In this document: one piece after another, positions 8,212 to 17,030 of the stretch
How the letters are laid out: every line of letters starts with the position of its first letter
Position numbering within the stretch: position 1 is the first letter of the stretch
Source of the DNA: a virus
Direction: 5' to 3' (one strand)
IMG/VR virus record: IMGVR_UViG_3300045988_101743
Coordinates: 19,509-83,508 of that record
Length of the DNA: 64,000 bases
Notes under the pieces: model-generated
What the model was told of the DNA's origin: nothing
Database searches by the model: none
Seen by the model: only the letters and a program-made list of their open reading frames with translations
Made by a program: the position numbers and the translations under genes

Positions 8212-9213
8212 TTACTTCTTTCTCCACTCGGCAATCTTCTTGTCCACGTCGATGCCAGAGTCCTCGATGAGTTTCTTCATGACGCCGATCATGCGCCAGC
8301 CTTCAACGACATACTCGCTGGCCTTCAACTCAACAAAGTCGAGCGACTTCTTCTCGTTGAGGCCGGTGAAGCGAGCGCCATGGAACATGATGAGGTTTCG
8401 CATGGTGAAATAGGCGCCAGAACCCTTGTACGCGTTGATGAACGAACCACTGATATTCGTGCTTCTCGCAAGGCGCTTGCGGTGCTTGTTGAAATCGCAC
8501 ACCAGCTCGTACAGCTTGCGCGGAGACTGCTCGTAGTTGAACTTCACGGCGTAACGGCGAATGTCGTCATACAACTTCTTGTTGAGGTCGCTCACGAAGA
8601 TGTTCCTGCCTCCAATGCGCACATAGGGAACACCCTTGCACGTGTGCTTGTAGACTTTCTTCCTCTCGGAGTTGAGGCGGTACATGAGTTTGCCCTCCAC
8701 GTAATCCTTGAGAGTGTTGAGATAATCTGACGCCATGACGGATATCGTTGGCCCGTTGAACCACTGGTTGCGACGCATAAAGTTGGCCATGTCGCCATGC
8801 TTGTGCATCTTCATCTGAGCGCGAAGCTCATCCTCGACCATGCGCCACTGGTACTCATAGCCTCGCTCCTGAAGGAGCTGGTTGAAATTCTTACCGGACT
8901 TCATGTTTCTGAGGATATGGAACATCTGTGCCATGACCCATCTGCGGAATAGCTTGTAGTGGTTGATGTAACCACCGCCAGCAATCTTCGTGTAGACAGG
9001 GTCGTCGTCGTCAACCATCACAGGAACTCCGTCGACGACCTTGACAACCATCTCCTCTCCCATTGGAAAGTAGTTTGATGTGTCAACGCCAGCCGCCTTG
9101 AGCGCCTCGATGCGAGCGGCTGCTCCCTTGGGCTTGTAAACCTTGGCGCTTGCGCCCTGACCGTTCATCTCTGACAATGTGAACTCACCTGAAATCATTA
9201 CGTTTCTTTTCAT
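8212..9213 (-). CDS. Hypothetical protein, 333 aa.
   Basis: Long ORF with ATG at 9211-9213 and upstream element at 9230-9240. Its 33-nt upstream sequence is identical to that of gene 15429..15965. Confidence 0.6.
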   Translation of the reverse strand: MKRNVMISGEFTLSEMNGQGASAKVYKPKGAAARIEALKAAGVDTSNYFPMGEEMVVKVVDGVPVMVDDDDPVYTKIAGGGYINHYKLFRRWVMAQMFHILRNMKSGKNFNQLLQERGYEYQWRMVEDELRAQMKMHKHGDMANFMRRNQWFNGPTISVMASDYLNTLKDYVEGKLMYRLNSERKKVYKHTCKGVPYVRIGGRNIFVSDLNKKLYDDIRRYAVKFNYEQSPRKLYELVCDFNKHRKRLARSTNISGSFINAYKGSGAYFTMRNLIMFHGARFTGLNEKKSLDFVELKASEYVVEGWRMIGVMKKLIEDSGIDVDKKIAEWRKK

Positions 9214-9229
9214 AATTGCTAAAATTTAG

Positions 9230-9240
9230 TTGGTTAATAA
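9230..9240 (-). promoter_or_regulatory. Conserved early-gene upstream element; 33-nt block identical to 15963-15995.
   Basis: cataattgctaaaatttagttggttaataatgt occurs identically at 9211-9243 and 15963-15995. Confidence 0.5.
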
Positions 9241-9284
9241 TGTTAAAAACATGAAGAGGAACGGGGTGTGAACCCCATGCCTCC

Positions 9285-9563
9285 TTAGGCTGTCCTGTAA
9301 ACTGCATCACATTCTATAATGGCCTTGTATTTCTTAGGGAACTTGGACCATCCATTGTACGCCTTGATAACTTGCCTCGACGACCACCATGTGACTGCCT
9401 CCTCGTCAATGTGGAAGCATTTTAGCTTATCCGTATCGTCATACAGAACCCACTCGCCTGATGCAAGCACGCCTTCCCTTAGATGAATGGCATGGCCGCC
9501 AGACTCCGAATACCGACGCACAAGGTCGTCAACATAGTGGTAGTCGCAATAAATCTTTCTCAT
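9285..9563 (-). CDS. Hypothetical protein, 92 aa.
   Basis: ORF with ATG at 9561-9563 and upstream element TTGGTTGGTTAATAAT at 9575-9589. Confidence 0.5.
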   Translation of the reverse strand: MRKIYCDYHYVDDLVRRYSESGGHAIHLREGVLASGEWVLYDDTDKLKCFHIDEEAVTWWSSRQVIKAYNGWSKFPKKYKAIIECDAVYRTA

Positions 9564-9632
9564 AATACGTTCTTTGGTTGGTTAATAATGCTGACAGGAA
9601 CGGCCACGCTAATGGCCGCACCCGGAAAAGGC

Positions 9633-10097
9633 TCAATCGTTTGAATCCACCCATTTGCGAAGGATGACGAAATCCCTGTCGTTCTTGGACTGCCAGAACC
9701 ACGTTCCGTACTCGTCCTTCCATTTCAGGGCACCGGTCATGACCGCTGCAAGCACCAATGATTCAAGCATGAACCTCGCAAACTCTCGCGGCTCGCCGTA
9801 AATCATGTCAGCGTCCGACAACTCCTTCTCGGGCAAAGCCTTGAAATAGGTCCTGCGGTGCGACTCCGAGCGCTCTGATGGCACGGACCGCTTGTACGCC
9901 TCGTAGCGAACCTCAAGGCACTTGATGATGTCGTGCCCCTCAAAATCCTCCTCGCTAACACCGAGGGGAAGGTCGTGCTTTCCATCCTTGATGAGATACT
10001 TACCGTCAATGATGAGGGATCGCCTCTCAAGGTTGACATAGAACTTTGCGCCATTGCTGACGAGCTCCTCTGTCTCCTTTCCGAAAATCTTATCCAT
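9633..10097 (-). CDS. Hypothetical protein, about 154 aa. The ATG at 10095-10097 is preferred over the GTG start at 10106 used by the ORF track.
   Basis: ORF with ATTATG start context and upstream element TTGGTTAAT at 10112-10120. Confidence 0.5.
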   Translation of the reverse strand: MDKIFGKETEELVSNGAKFYVNLERRSLIIDGKYLIKDGKHDLPLGVSEEDFEGHDIIKCLEVRYEAYKRSVPSERSESHRRTYFKALPEKELSDADMIYGEPREFARFMLESLVLAAVMTGALKWKDEYGTWFWQSKNDRDFVILRKWVDSND

Positions 10098-10161
10098 AAT
10101 AATCACGTTTGTTGGTTAATATGCGCCAGTCACGCCGTATTCCGGCATGGCTGGCTGTTGG

Positions 10162-10374
10162 CTAAATGTTGTCGGAGACAACACGCTTGTCTGTCGCCAT
10201 CGCCACGCGCTTATGACGCATGGCGCCGGCCTCATAGACCGTAACATAACGGTACTCCTTGGCGAGTTCAATCATCCTCTTTCTCGCCTCCTGTCTTGTC
10301 AGCAAGGCTGAAGTTTGCTCTACGCCAAGACCAAGTCTGAAAACATACACCCTCATAGCGTTCATTACCACCAC
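10162..10374 (-). CDS. Hypothetical small protein, 70 aa.
   Basis: ORF overlapping the upstream gene's stop by 10 nt. Likely co-transcribed; no element of its own. Confidence 0.35.
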   Translation of the reverse strand: MVVMNAMRVYVFRLGLGVEQTSALLTRQEARKRMIELAKEYRYVTVYEAGAMRHKRVAMATDKRVVSDNI

Positions 10375-10640
10375 GTTGGGATAAAATAGGATAGATTCTT
10401 AGATTCTCTACGAGCTTTTCTTCGTTCGTTTTCATAAACACTTCCGTTAATACACTCGTCAAATGTTCTTGCAAGCATTGCGCCAACTACCCAATAGGCT
10501 GGTCTGTAGTCTTGTGGGACTTTGTCGAGGTCGATGCACCCAGACGCAAGAATCTCCTCTATGCACTTGTTGAACGTGACTGGGTCGCTGTACTCTTGAA
10601 CGACGTGGTTGCATTTTCTGATAAACTCTTCTTTTGTCAT
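10365..10640 (-). CDS. Hypothetical protein, about 91 aa (start trimmed to MTKEEFIRK).
   Basis: An ATG at 10638-10640 follows the ATGGTTAAATA element at 10654-10664. The longer ORF-track start would read through the hairpin ccccacccgcaagagtgagga. Confidence 0.45.
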   Translation of the reverse strand: MTKEEFIRKCNHVVQEYSDPVTFNKCIEEILASGCIDLDKVPQDYRPAYWVVGAMLARTFDECINGSVYENERRKARRESKNLSYFIPTWW

Positions 10641-10701
10641 AATTATAATGCTATGGTTAAATAGGAAAATCCCCACCCGCAAGAGTGAGGATTTGTTTGG
10701 C

Positions 10702-10905
10702 TTAATAAAGAGTTGCTCTGTCACGAAGGTTGCCGCTTATATCGCCATCCTTCTGTAGTCCATCAATCCAGTCATTGAAATTCATGTTCAAGTCAAGATC
10801 GAACTTTGTCTTCTTCCCCGTGTAGTCTATGCCACACTCGTCACAAAGCTGCCAGAACGCCTTTCTTAGCTCCTTCTGGTTCGTGTAATAATACTTTTTT
10901 GCCAT
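10702..10905 (-). CDS. Hypothetical small protein, 67 aa.
   Basis: ORF with ATG at 10903-10905 and upstream element TTGGTTAATAA at 10920-10930. Confidence 0.45.
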   Translation of the reverse strand: MAKKYYYTNQKELRKAFWQLCDECGIDYTGKKTKFDLDLNMNFNDWIDGLQKDGDISGNLRDRATLY

Positions 10906-10946
10906 AATTCAAAATTTGATTGGTTAATAACAAGATCCGCATTAAG

Positions 10947-11111
10947 CTACACAGGATCTGGAAAAAAACAGTAACTTTGAAGCCACTCGCACGCCAAAGC
11001 ATCATCGAGGGCTTTCGCTGCTTGCTCTCCCCAAACTCGCGGTTTGTACGCATCTTCCTTCAGATACTTCTCTACAAGATGCTGTAGTTGTTTTTTTTCT
11101 TCTGATGTCAT
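10947..11111 (-). CDS. Hypothetical small protein, 54 aa (MTSEEKKQLQHLVEKYLKED...). It is below the ORF-track length cutoff.
   Basis: ATG at 11109-11111 is preceded by TTGGTTAATAT at 11123-11133 and a hairpin gggtggaaggccataggccaaccaccc. The overlapping track ORF 10841..11053 is in a different frame and lacks these signals. Confidence 0.35.
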   Translation of the reverse strand: MTSEEKKQLQHLVEKYLKEDAYKPRVWGEQAAKALDDALACEWLQSYCFFPDPV

Positions 11112-11193
11112 AATTTGTAGTTTTGGTTAATATTATGTGGGTGGAAGGCCATAGGCCAACCACCCGTAGGCTCAAAGTCGCGCAAATGCAGCC

Positions 11194-11730
11194 TTAGGCA
11201 GTGGCGCATTGGTGCTCAAGCTCGTAAGCAATCTCGGAGACAGTCTCCCCGAAATTGTACGTGATGCCAAACTTACCGAAGGTGTTGAAATACCACTCTG
11301 CGAGATACGCCCTGTCCTCGTCGGCACGCTTACTGTCCTCAGCTGCGTCCAAGCGAGCGACCATTTGGGGAAACAGATCAAAGTAGTCGTCGCCATCGTA
11401 CTCAAAGCTCCAACGGGTGCCGGTGATGTGCTCAGGATAGTCGTCCTTGATGTTGGCGAAATAGCCACACAAGCTATGGTCTTTCATGTGGAGGTACTCC
11501 TTCATCTCCCTGTTCACCTTGAAGGCGAAATCCATGGAGAGCCAGTGGATTGAACCGATGGAGTCAGATAGGCACTCCTCTATTTCCTCTGAGTTGTCGT
11601 AGCCTTCAAGGCACCAGCGATAGAGGTTCTCTACGGCTTTGGCAAAGTTTCTTACACCGATGTAATCGGCTACCATCTCAACGACATCACCTTTGCTGTC
11701 GGTTACTGTCTCAACAATGTTTTTTTCCAT
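11194..11730 (-). CDS. Hypothetical protein, 178 aa.
   Basis: ORF with ATG at 11728-11730 and a degenerate element TTGGTTGGTTT at 11740-11750. Confidence 0.55.
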   Translation of the reverse strand: MEKNIVETVTDSKGDVVEMVADYIGVRNFAKAVENLYRWCLEGYDNSEEIEECLSDSIGSIHWLSMDFAFKVNREMKEYLHMKDHSLCGYFANIKDDYPEHITGTRWSFEYDGDDYFDLFPQMVARLDAAEDSKRADEDRAYLAEWYFNTFGKFGITYNFGETVSEIAYELEHQCATA

Positions 11731-11793
11731 AATCTATAATTGGTTGGTTTGTATGGTGGGAAAGGGAGCTGCTACACTCCCCTCCCCGATGGC

Positions 11794-12621
11794 TTAGGAG
11801 GCCTTGTGACCGTCAAGATTGTGCTCGGAGATAACATCCTTGATCAACTCGTCGCTGTCACAGTAGAAACCCCAGCAGGAGTCCTCCTCCCAGTCGCAGC
11901 AATGCTCGCTGTCGCGCCCGTCGTCGTAGACCTTGGTGTACGGCACCTTGCTCTCAAGCGTGTAGCCGATAACGTCACCCCACATCCACTTGCCGATACA
12001 TTCACTCTCGGACTCCATGTTGGAGATGGCGCGCTCCTTCCAACCCTTCGTCGGCGCACCGCACATCTTGGCGTAGCGCTCCTTGTCGCAGTAGGCAATG
12101 CCACAAACGTAGTCGCCCTGGCTGTAGCCTCGGGACGACCACTCGCATATCGCCACATCCTTCGCGCAGTCGCGCATGATGGTGACAAGGTCGTCGTAGT
12201 CGATGTATCCAGTGAGGTCACTTGCGCATCCTGAACGGAGCTCGTCCACAGTAAACGTTTCCTCGTAGCGCTTGTTGTAGCGATCGTCGTAATACATGAC
12301 GTGCCAACAGCGCAGCGACCTGTCATACTGGAGCTTCACGCTACTCAGACAACCACCCTTCAGGTATGACAATAGCTTGTCGTACGGGACGTAGTGGTCG
12401 ATGAGGCATTCGAGCGCCTCTTCAAGCGTGTAGCTGTTGCCGTCGTACAGCACCTTGTTGTCAAACGACGAGTAGCTGGATAAGCGGCCACGGCTGTTTT
12501 CGCTAAACAGGAACACACCAGTCATGTCCCAGTCCAATGGACAGATGGGGGAATCGTCACGCCATACGCTGATCCTGTAGTTGCCAATCTCCTTTGTCTC
12601 AATTAAGTCTTCTTTGTTCAT
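11794..12621 (-). CDS. Hypothetical Cys-rich protein, 275 aa (more than 15 Cys; possible metal-binding).
   Basis: ORF with ATG at 12619-12621 and upstream element TTGGTTGATAAT at 12638-12649. Confidence 0.55.
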   Translation of the reverse strand: MNKEDLIETKEIGNYRISVWRDDSPICPLDWDMTGVFLFSENSRGRLSSYSSFDNKVLYDGNSYTLEEALECLIDHYVPYDKLLSYLKGGCLSSVKLQYDRSLRCWHVMYYDDRYNKRYEETFTVDELRSGCASDLTGYIDYDDLVTIMRDCAKDVAICEWSSRGYSQGDYVCGIAYCDKERYAKMCGAPTKGWKERAISNMESESECIGKWMWGDVIGYTLESKVPYTKVYDDGRDSEHCCDWEEDSCWGFYCDSDELIKDVISEHNLDGHKAS

Positions 12622-12689
12622 AATCGTATAATTTAAGTTGGTTGATAATGGAGGCCCGTGGCGCGTCGAGGCGCCATAGGCCGAAAGGC

Positions 12690-12872
12690 TCAGTCGTGGT
12701 ACGCTATTGACACAAGCTCAACGACGGCGCTGTCAAACAACGCCTCGGCCTTGTGGTCAACATAGTTCATCTTCCTGTTGTTGTGCATCTTCCTCGCGGC
12801 AATCTTGATCCTGTTGATCTCGGCGAGCAGGGAACGCTCAAAGTTCCTGTCGCAGTTCCTGTCCCTAAGCAT
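12690..12872 (-). CDS. Hypothetical small protein, 60 aa.
   Basis: Short ORF downstream of 12891..13280 with no element of its own; likely co-transcribed. Confidence 0.3.
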   Translation of the reverse strand: MLRDRNCDRNFERSLLAEINRIKIAARKMHNNRKMNYVDHKAEALFDSAVVELVSIAYHD

Positions 12873-12890
12873 GGCGCAATCGTGTGTGTG

Positions 12891-13280
12891 TTAGACAAAA
12901 GCGCGAACGCTACGCTCCGTAGAGAACTCAAGGGCGAGCTCCCTCACACCGTTGGCGAGGATGTCCCACCACTTATCCACGAAATCATCTTTTGACATCT
13001 TCTCTGGGACATATCCCCACTTGACGCCAATCAGGCCGATCTCGTAGTCCCTGAACTCCAGGTTGAAGCACGATGGCAGCCCTCTGAAATAGTCAGCGAG
13101 CTGGCTCACCTTCGTGCCTCTGTACGGCCTATAGTACTCAGACAGGAATGTCACGGCGAGAAAGTGTATTCTCTCGCGTATGGCAGCGCGTTCGTTGATT
13201 CTCATGTCGTAGACAAAGCGAGTGCCGTATCCGTCTCCGTCGATGCAGTCGACGATGTACTCTTTCAAATACTTATTCAT
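12891..13280 (-). CDS. Hypothetical protein, 129 aa.
   Basis: ORF with ATG at 13278-13280 and upstream element GGGTTAATAA at 13298-13307. Confidence 0.5.
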   Translation of the reverse strand: MNKYLKEYIVDCIDGDGYGTRFVYDMRINERAAIRERIHFLAVTFLSEYYRPYRGTKVSQLADYFRGLPSCFNLEFRDYEIGLIGVKWGYVPEKMSKDDFVDKWWDILANGVRELALEFSTERSVRAFV

Positions 13281-13358
13281 AATCGTAAAACTTTATGGGT
13301 TAATAACAAGAATGGCGCAGCGCACCTAAGCGCCACGCCACAGGACAGCTACTGCCGG

Positions 13359-13682
13359 TTAATCAAAGGAGTTGCTTGGGATGTCCCCAACAGAAAGGGG
13401 AGTCATGCGGATGAGATTCTTGAAGCATCTCACATCGTGCTCATGAAACCTTATCTCAGGATCCTCCACGTCTTCTATCGGAGAGATGAATTTTTTCAGG
13501 AACAGGGAAACCGTATCCTTGCTGATCCCTTGCGAGATGTTCACGTCAAAAGACATCTTGTCGTAGTCGGTGATTCTCGCAAATGCGGTGCAGTCGGCGA
13601 CTGTATAAAACGCAACGCTGCTTCCGTCAAAAAAGGCCTCGTGTTCCCAGTCGCCGAAATTGTGACAGTCATAATAAACCAT
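13359..13682 (-). CDS. Hypothetical protein, 107 aa.
   Basis: ORF with ATG at 13680-13682, upstream element GGGTTAATAAT at 13698-13708, and hairpin gcgcccatcgcaatgagggcgc upstream. Confidence 0.5.
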   Translation of the reverse strand: MVYYDCHNFGDWEHEAFFDGSSVAFYTVADCTAFARITDYDKMSFDVNISQGISKDTVSLFLKKFISPIEDVEDPEIRFHEHDVRCFKNLIRMTPLSVGDIPSNSFD

Positions 13683-13980
13683 ACGTCAATAATTTAAGGG
13701 TTAATAATATGGAGGAAGCGCCCATCGCAATGAGGGCGCAACCATTATGCTAAAAAACAAATATAGCTGTAGTTCTTTGACAAATGGCAATCGGGTAGGA
13801 GGTAAATGCTAATCATAAAAGGCATTTACCTCCTATTTTCACATTTACCGACGTTTCTCTTGCGTCGTCAGGGCACTGTATCATAGTTTTTGCATCATAA
13901 ACCTTGCCATTGTCTACGACAAACCATGCATTTAAGCGTTTGTTGTGTACTTGTAATTTCTTCATTTTTTACTTTGTTTT

Positions 13981-14085
13981 TGGTGAATAATTATCGTACT
14001 ACCCAAGTTGACTTGAGTAGTTTTTAGGCCGAATAATCCTAAGCACAATTATCGTACTGCTTGGCAATTATCGTACTGCCAGCCA
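13981..14085. repeat. Three direct copies of AATTATCGTACT within about 100 bp.
   Basis: Copies at 13981 (gaataattatcgtact), 14051 (cacaattatcgtactg) and 14069 (gcaattatcgtactg). The region has no credible ORF. A 13-bp-stem hairpin lies upstream at about 13795-13833. Confidence 0.6.
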
Positions 14086-14093
14086 GAGAAAAA

Positions 14094-14315
14094 TCACAGG
14101 CGTGGCATGAGCAGGTTTTCCAAGCGCAGAGTGGCGCGCCACCAGGCTCTCAGGAACGAACGCCCCAAGCGAGAGCCAAGCAGCACGCACGACAAGGCGA
14201 ACGTGTAGGCGACACCGCACAGCACGCACGCCACGCTCCCAGATAACAGAAGGGAGCAGGGAAGACACAACACCGTGGCAACAGCCACAGTGAACAGCGA
14301 TCTAAAAGTATTCAT
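14094..14315 (-). CDS. Hypothetical small membrane protein, about 73 aa (start trimmed to MNTFRSLF).
   Basis: ATG at 14313-14315 with weak upstream element ATGGTTTAATTGGTTTTGG at 14322-14340. The product is hydrophobic and Cys-rich. Confidence 0.35.
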   Translation of the reverse strand: MNTFRSLFTVAVATVLCLPCSLLLSGSVACVLCGVAYTFALSCVLLGSRLGRSFLRAWWRATLRLENLLMPRL

Positions 14316-14380
14316 AATCGTATGGTTTAATTGGTTTTGGTGGGCGAGAAGGATATGATAATCCTTGCGCCCTGTGGCAA

Positions 14381-14563
14381 TCAGTCTCTTAGGTGATGCT
14401 TCCACCGCAAAGCTTTGGCGTGCGAGTTCACAATCTTAAATGGAAGTGAATAAAACCACCTCCCCATTGCGTTGAGTTGGATGGCGTACAGCTTGTCAAT
14501 ACGCTGGAAACCACGCTCGCCATCATTGCTAATGGTGTAGCAAAAATACTTGTTGTCTTTCAT
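14381..14563 (-). CDS. Hypothetical small protein, 60 aa.
   Basis: ORF with ATG at 14561-14563 and upstream element TTGATTGATAAT at 14576-14587. Confidence 0.4.
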   Translation of the reverse strand: MKDNKYFCYTISNDGERGFQRIDKLYAIQLNAMGRWFYSLPFKIVNSHAKALRWKHHLRD

Positions 14564-15375
14564 AATTCCAATGTGTTGATTGATAATGGAAGGCAGGCGC
14601 AGCGCTATATGTAAACGCCCGCCTGCCCATAAGTTTTAGCCCGCTGCCGTGATATGTGTGTATGTTATTTTCTTGTTCTCGGATACCACGTGGATAACCC
14701 GTGCGACGACCATTCGCGCACGCTATGCAGCTGCTGAGCTTTTTGGGTGCCCAGCTATTCGTCCCCTTTTCTTTACACGCCACGCACGACACGTGGCAAG
14801 CTCTTCTTTCTCTACGCCAACGGCGTACACGCTACATGAAGTGAGTTAACAGCTCGCGTGTCCTTTTCCCGCTAACCACTGCGGGCGTACCCCAAGGAGA
14901 TAGGGAATTATGATTTATGAATTACTCATTTCTCTCACGCTGCTCACCGCTCAACACGATAACCGCTACACGCCAAAGGTCAATGTGTACTGTGCCTTCG
15001 CCACGCCTGTCCTGAACGCCTACTCTCAACCACAGCTCTTTTGCTACGGGATTCTCAGCTTTCAGCGGTGTGCGGTTACTGCCGTTTCTGCACATATCGC
15101 CGAACCCGCCCCTTCGCCACAACAGGACTAACGTTTCATGAGATCGACACCTACGCCTTGCTCGACGTCTACGGGGATCTCATTGCGTCCTATCTGTGTG
15201 ACCGTTGGCGGTCTGTGTGGTTCACAGCTCCACACCGCACACTCCGATTTATCTTCTCTTCGTGCGCTTTCGCTGTTTTCCTGTTTCGCTATTGTTGTAG
15301 CTCATCAGTCACAAATAACCCATGGGTATTGTGAGACAGGTGTAAAATTGTACCTAAATTTAGACAATAAACAAG

Positions 15376-15403
15376 TTACCCCACCTTTTTACGGGTGGGG
15401 TAA
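15376..15403 (-). terminator. Intrinsic terminator, possibly bidirectional, downstream of 15429..15965.
   Basis: Hairpin ttaccccacctttttacgggtggggtaa in a perfect GGGGTGG/CCACCCC-type stem, followed by a T-rich tract on the minus strand. Confidence 0.55.
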
Positions 15404-15428
15404 CTGAATTACTGCTAAGGTTAAAGCC

Positions 15429-15965
15429 TTATTTGGTGGGCTGCTCAGTGGTGGGCTGCTCAACTTTCACACCTGAAGACTTAAGCGAATTAAACATTAC
15501 CTCTACAGATACGCCGAAATATTCGGCCGTTTTTGAAAGCGAACCGCAAATTAAATATAGTTTCTTTGCGTCGCTTACCTTAAATGAGGATACGGTTTTC
15601 ACGGTCTCTTTCTCTATTGACCCGTTTACACTATCAATAAACAAACGTGCGAAACGATCAACGGTATCTACAACGGCGTTAATGCCATTTGATGAAATGG
15701 CTGCGTTGTTTGCGTGTTCGGCGCAAAAACCTTTGTGCATCTTGCAATAAGTGTTTATTGCTTTGCGCATGCATTCAGCAGCAAACTTGCCGGTTGCGTT
15801 TGTTCGATAGTCTTCTAACAAAGAAACGTTTAATTCTTTGCGTAAACGGATAGTCTTTTCAGACTCCGAAAAATTAGAACCCTTTGTAAGATTCTCCAAA
15901 TCTGTAGCGGTTAACGTCTCAAACAGAAACGCAAACGCTTTGTCTCTTGTCAGTTTATAAGCCAT
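15429..15965 (-). CDS. Hypothetical protein, 178 aa.
   Basis: ORF with ATG at 15963-15965 and upstream element at 15982-15993. It is the first (most upstream) gene of the leftward arm. Confidence 0.55.
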   Translation of the reverse strand: MAYKLTRDKAFAFLFETLTATDLENLTKGSNFSESEKTIRLRKELNVSLLEDYRTNATGKFAAECMRKAINTYCKMHKGFCAEHANNAAISSNGINAVVDTVDRFARLFIDSVNGSIEKETVKTVSSFKVSDAKKLYLICGSLSKTAEYFGVSVEVMFNSLKSSGVKVEQPTTEQPTK

Positions 15966-16010
15966 AATTGCTAAAATTTAGTTGGTTAATAATGTGCGAT
16001 ACCCCATCGC

Positions 16011-16099
16011 TATGGGGGGCGCGCGCTATGGGGGGCGCGCGCGTGGGGGGCGCGCGCGTGGGGGGCGCGCGCGTGGGGGGGGCGGTTAACCGCCCCCCC
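16011..16099. repeat. Tandem G6-tract / alternating-CG repeat (about 5 units of T/G-A/T-GGGGGGCGCGCGC) ending in the 24-bp perfect palindrome GGGGGGGCGGTTAACCGCCCCCCC.
   Basis: Read directly from the sequence. Six G-tracts of 6 or more nt fall within 90 nt. The block lies exactly between the leftward early arm and the AT-rich iteron region. Confidence 0.8.
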
Positions 16100-17030
16100 A
16101 CGTTGCAAAGATACAACTATTTATATATATATAGGGTAAACTATTGTTAAATGTTAGTGTATAATAACCGTGTAATATAGAATTGTGTTAAATCCGCAAA
16201 GAAAATACCGTTTAATTGTTAATTGTGTTAACAAGTGTAAACAGTCAGGATTATGTTATAACTACTTGTTATGCAAATAGTTACACAATCCGCGTGTAAT
16301 TATATTTGCCTTAATGGGTGTTAAATGTTAAATGTAGTATCTTTTTACTTCGATTAAACAGAATTTAACAATATATATGCACACAAAGTGGATCTATATT
16401 CAGTGTATAAACACACGTTCCCCATGGGAGTTAACACGCTAAATATGTTTGTTTGCTTTGTCCGCTTTTTTCTTATGAATAAATCCTACGTTTTTTGTGC
16501 ATTTGTGGTTATTACTCTATATAATAACCATACCCCCACCCCCCCGAGGCCAGCGGAAGCATGGGGTATAGTTACCTCATTCACAGGTTTTTACGATTTT
16601 TTTTGGATTTTTTATTTTTTCTCGAGTCTGCACAATTATTGGATTTATTTTATAACTTATTTACCCATTTACGATTTTTAACATTTTGCGAAATTATTGT
16701 TTTTTTGTGCTTTTTGAGCTTGTTTTAATCGATGGTGTAGATTATTCTACATCTTAGTGTAGGTTTAGTGCAGTATTATTTCTAATCTACATTAGTATTC
16801 TGCTGTATTTTGTTTGAAAAGTATTATTACCACATAAAATGTGCGGGAAAACCGAGGGTAGAAATTTATATGCCCCCTCCAAAACGGGCATTTTGAGCAT
16901 ATTGCGTACATATCCGCTGCATTTAGTCAACATTTGCGAAAATTATTGTTGTTTGATATTTTTATTTTTGGATTGGTGTGATATATTTATTATATTTGCA
17001 CCGTTAATGTATATAAATACGTATTGCTTA
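16100..17030. promoter_or_regulatory. AT-rich (about 30% GC) ORF-free iteron-like region; candidate replication origin / divergent promoter region.
   Basis: Repeated TGTTAAAT/GTGTTAA motifs at 16146, 16181, 16221, 16318 and 16327. The 21-nt repeat ACATTT(T)GCGAAA(A)TTATTGTT occurs at 16681-16701 and 16930-16950. The region sits immediately upstream of the primase-helicase gene. Confidence 0.45.

Noticed and set aside
16011-16099. CRISPR array
   Set aside because: The units are about 15 bp, directly abutting with no spacers, and composed of G6 + (CG)n. This is a simple tandem repeat, not repeat-spacer architecture.
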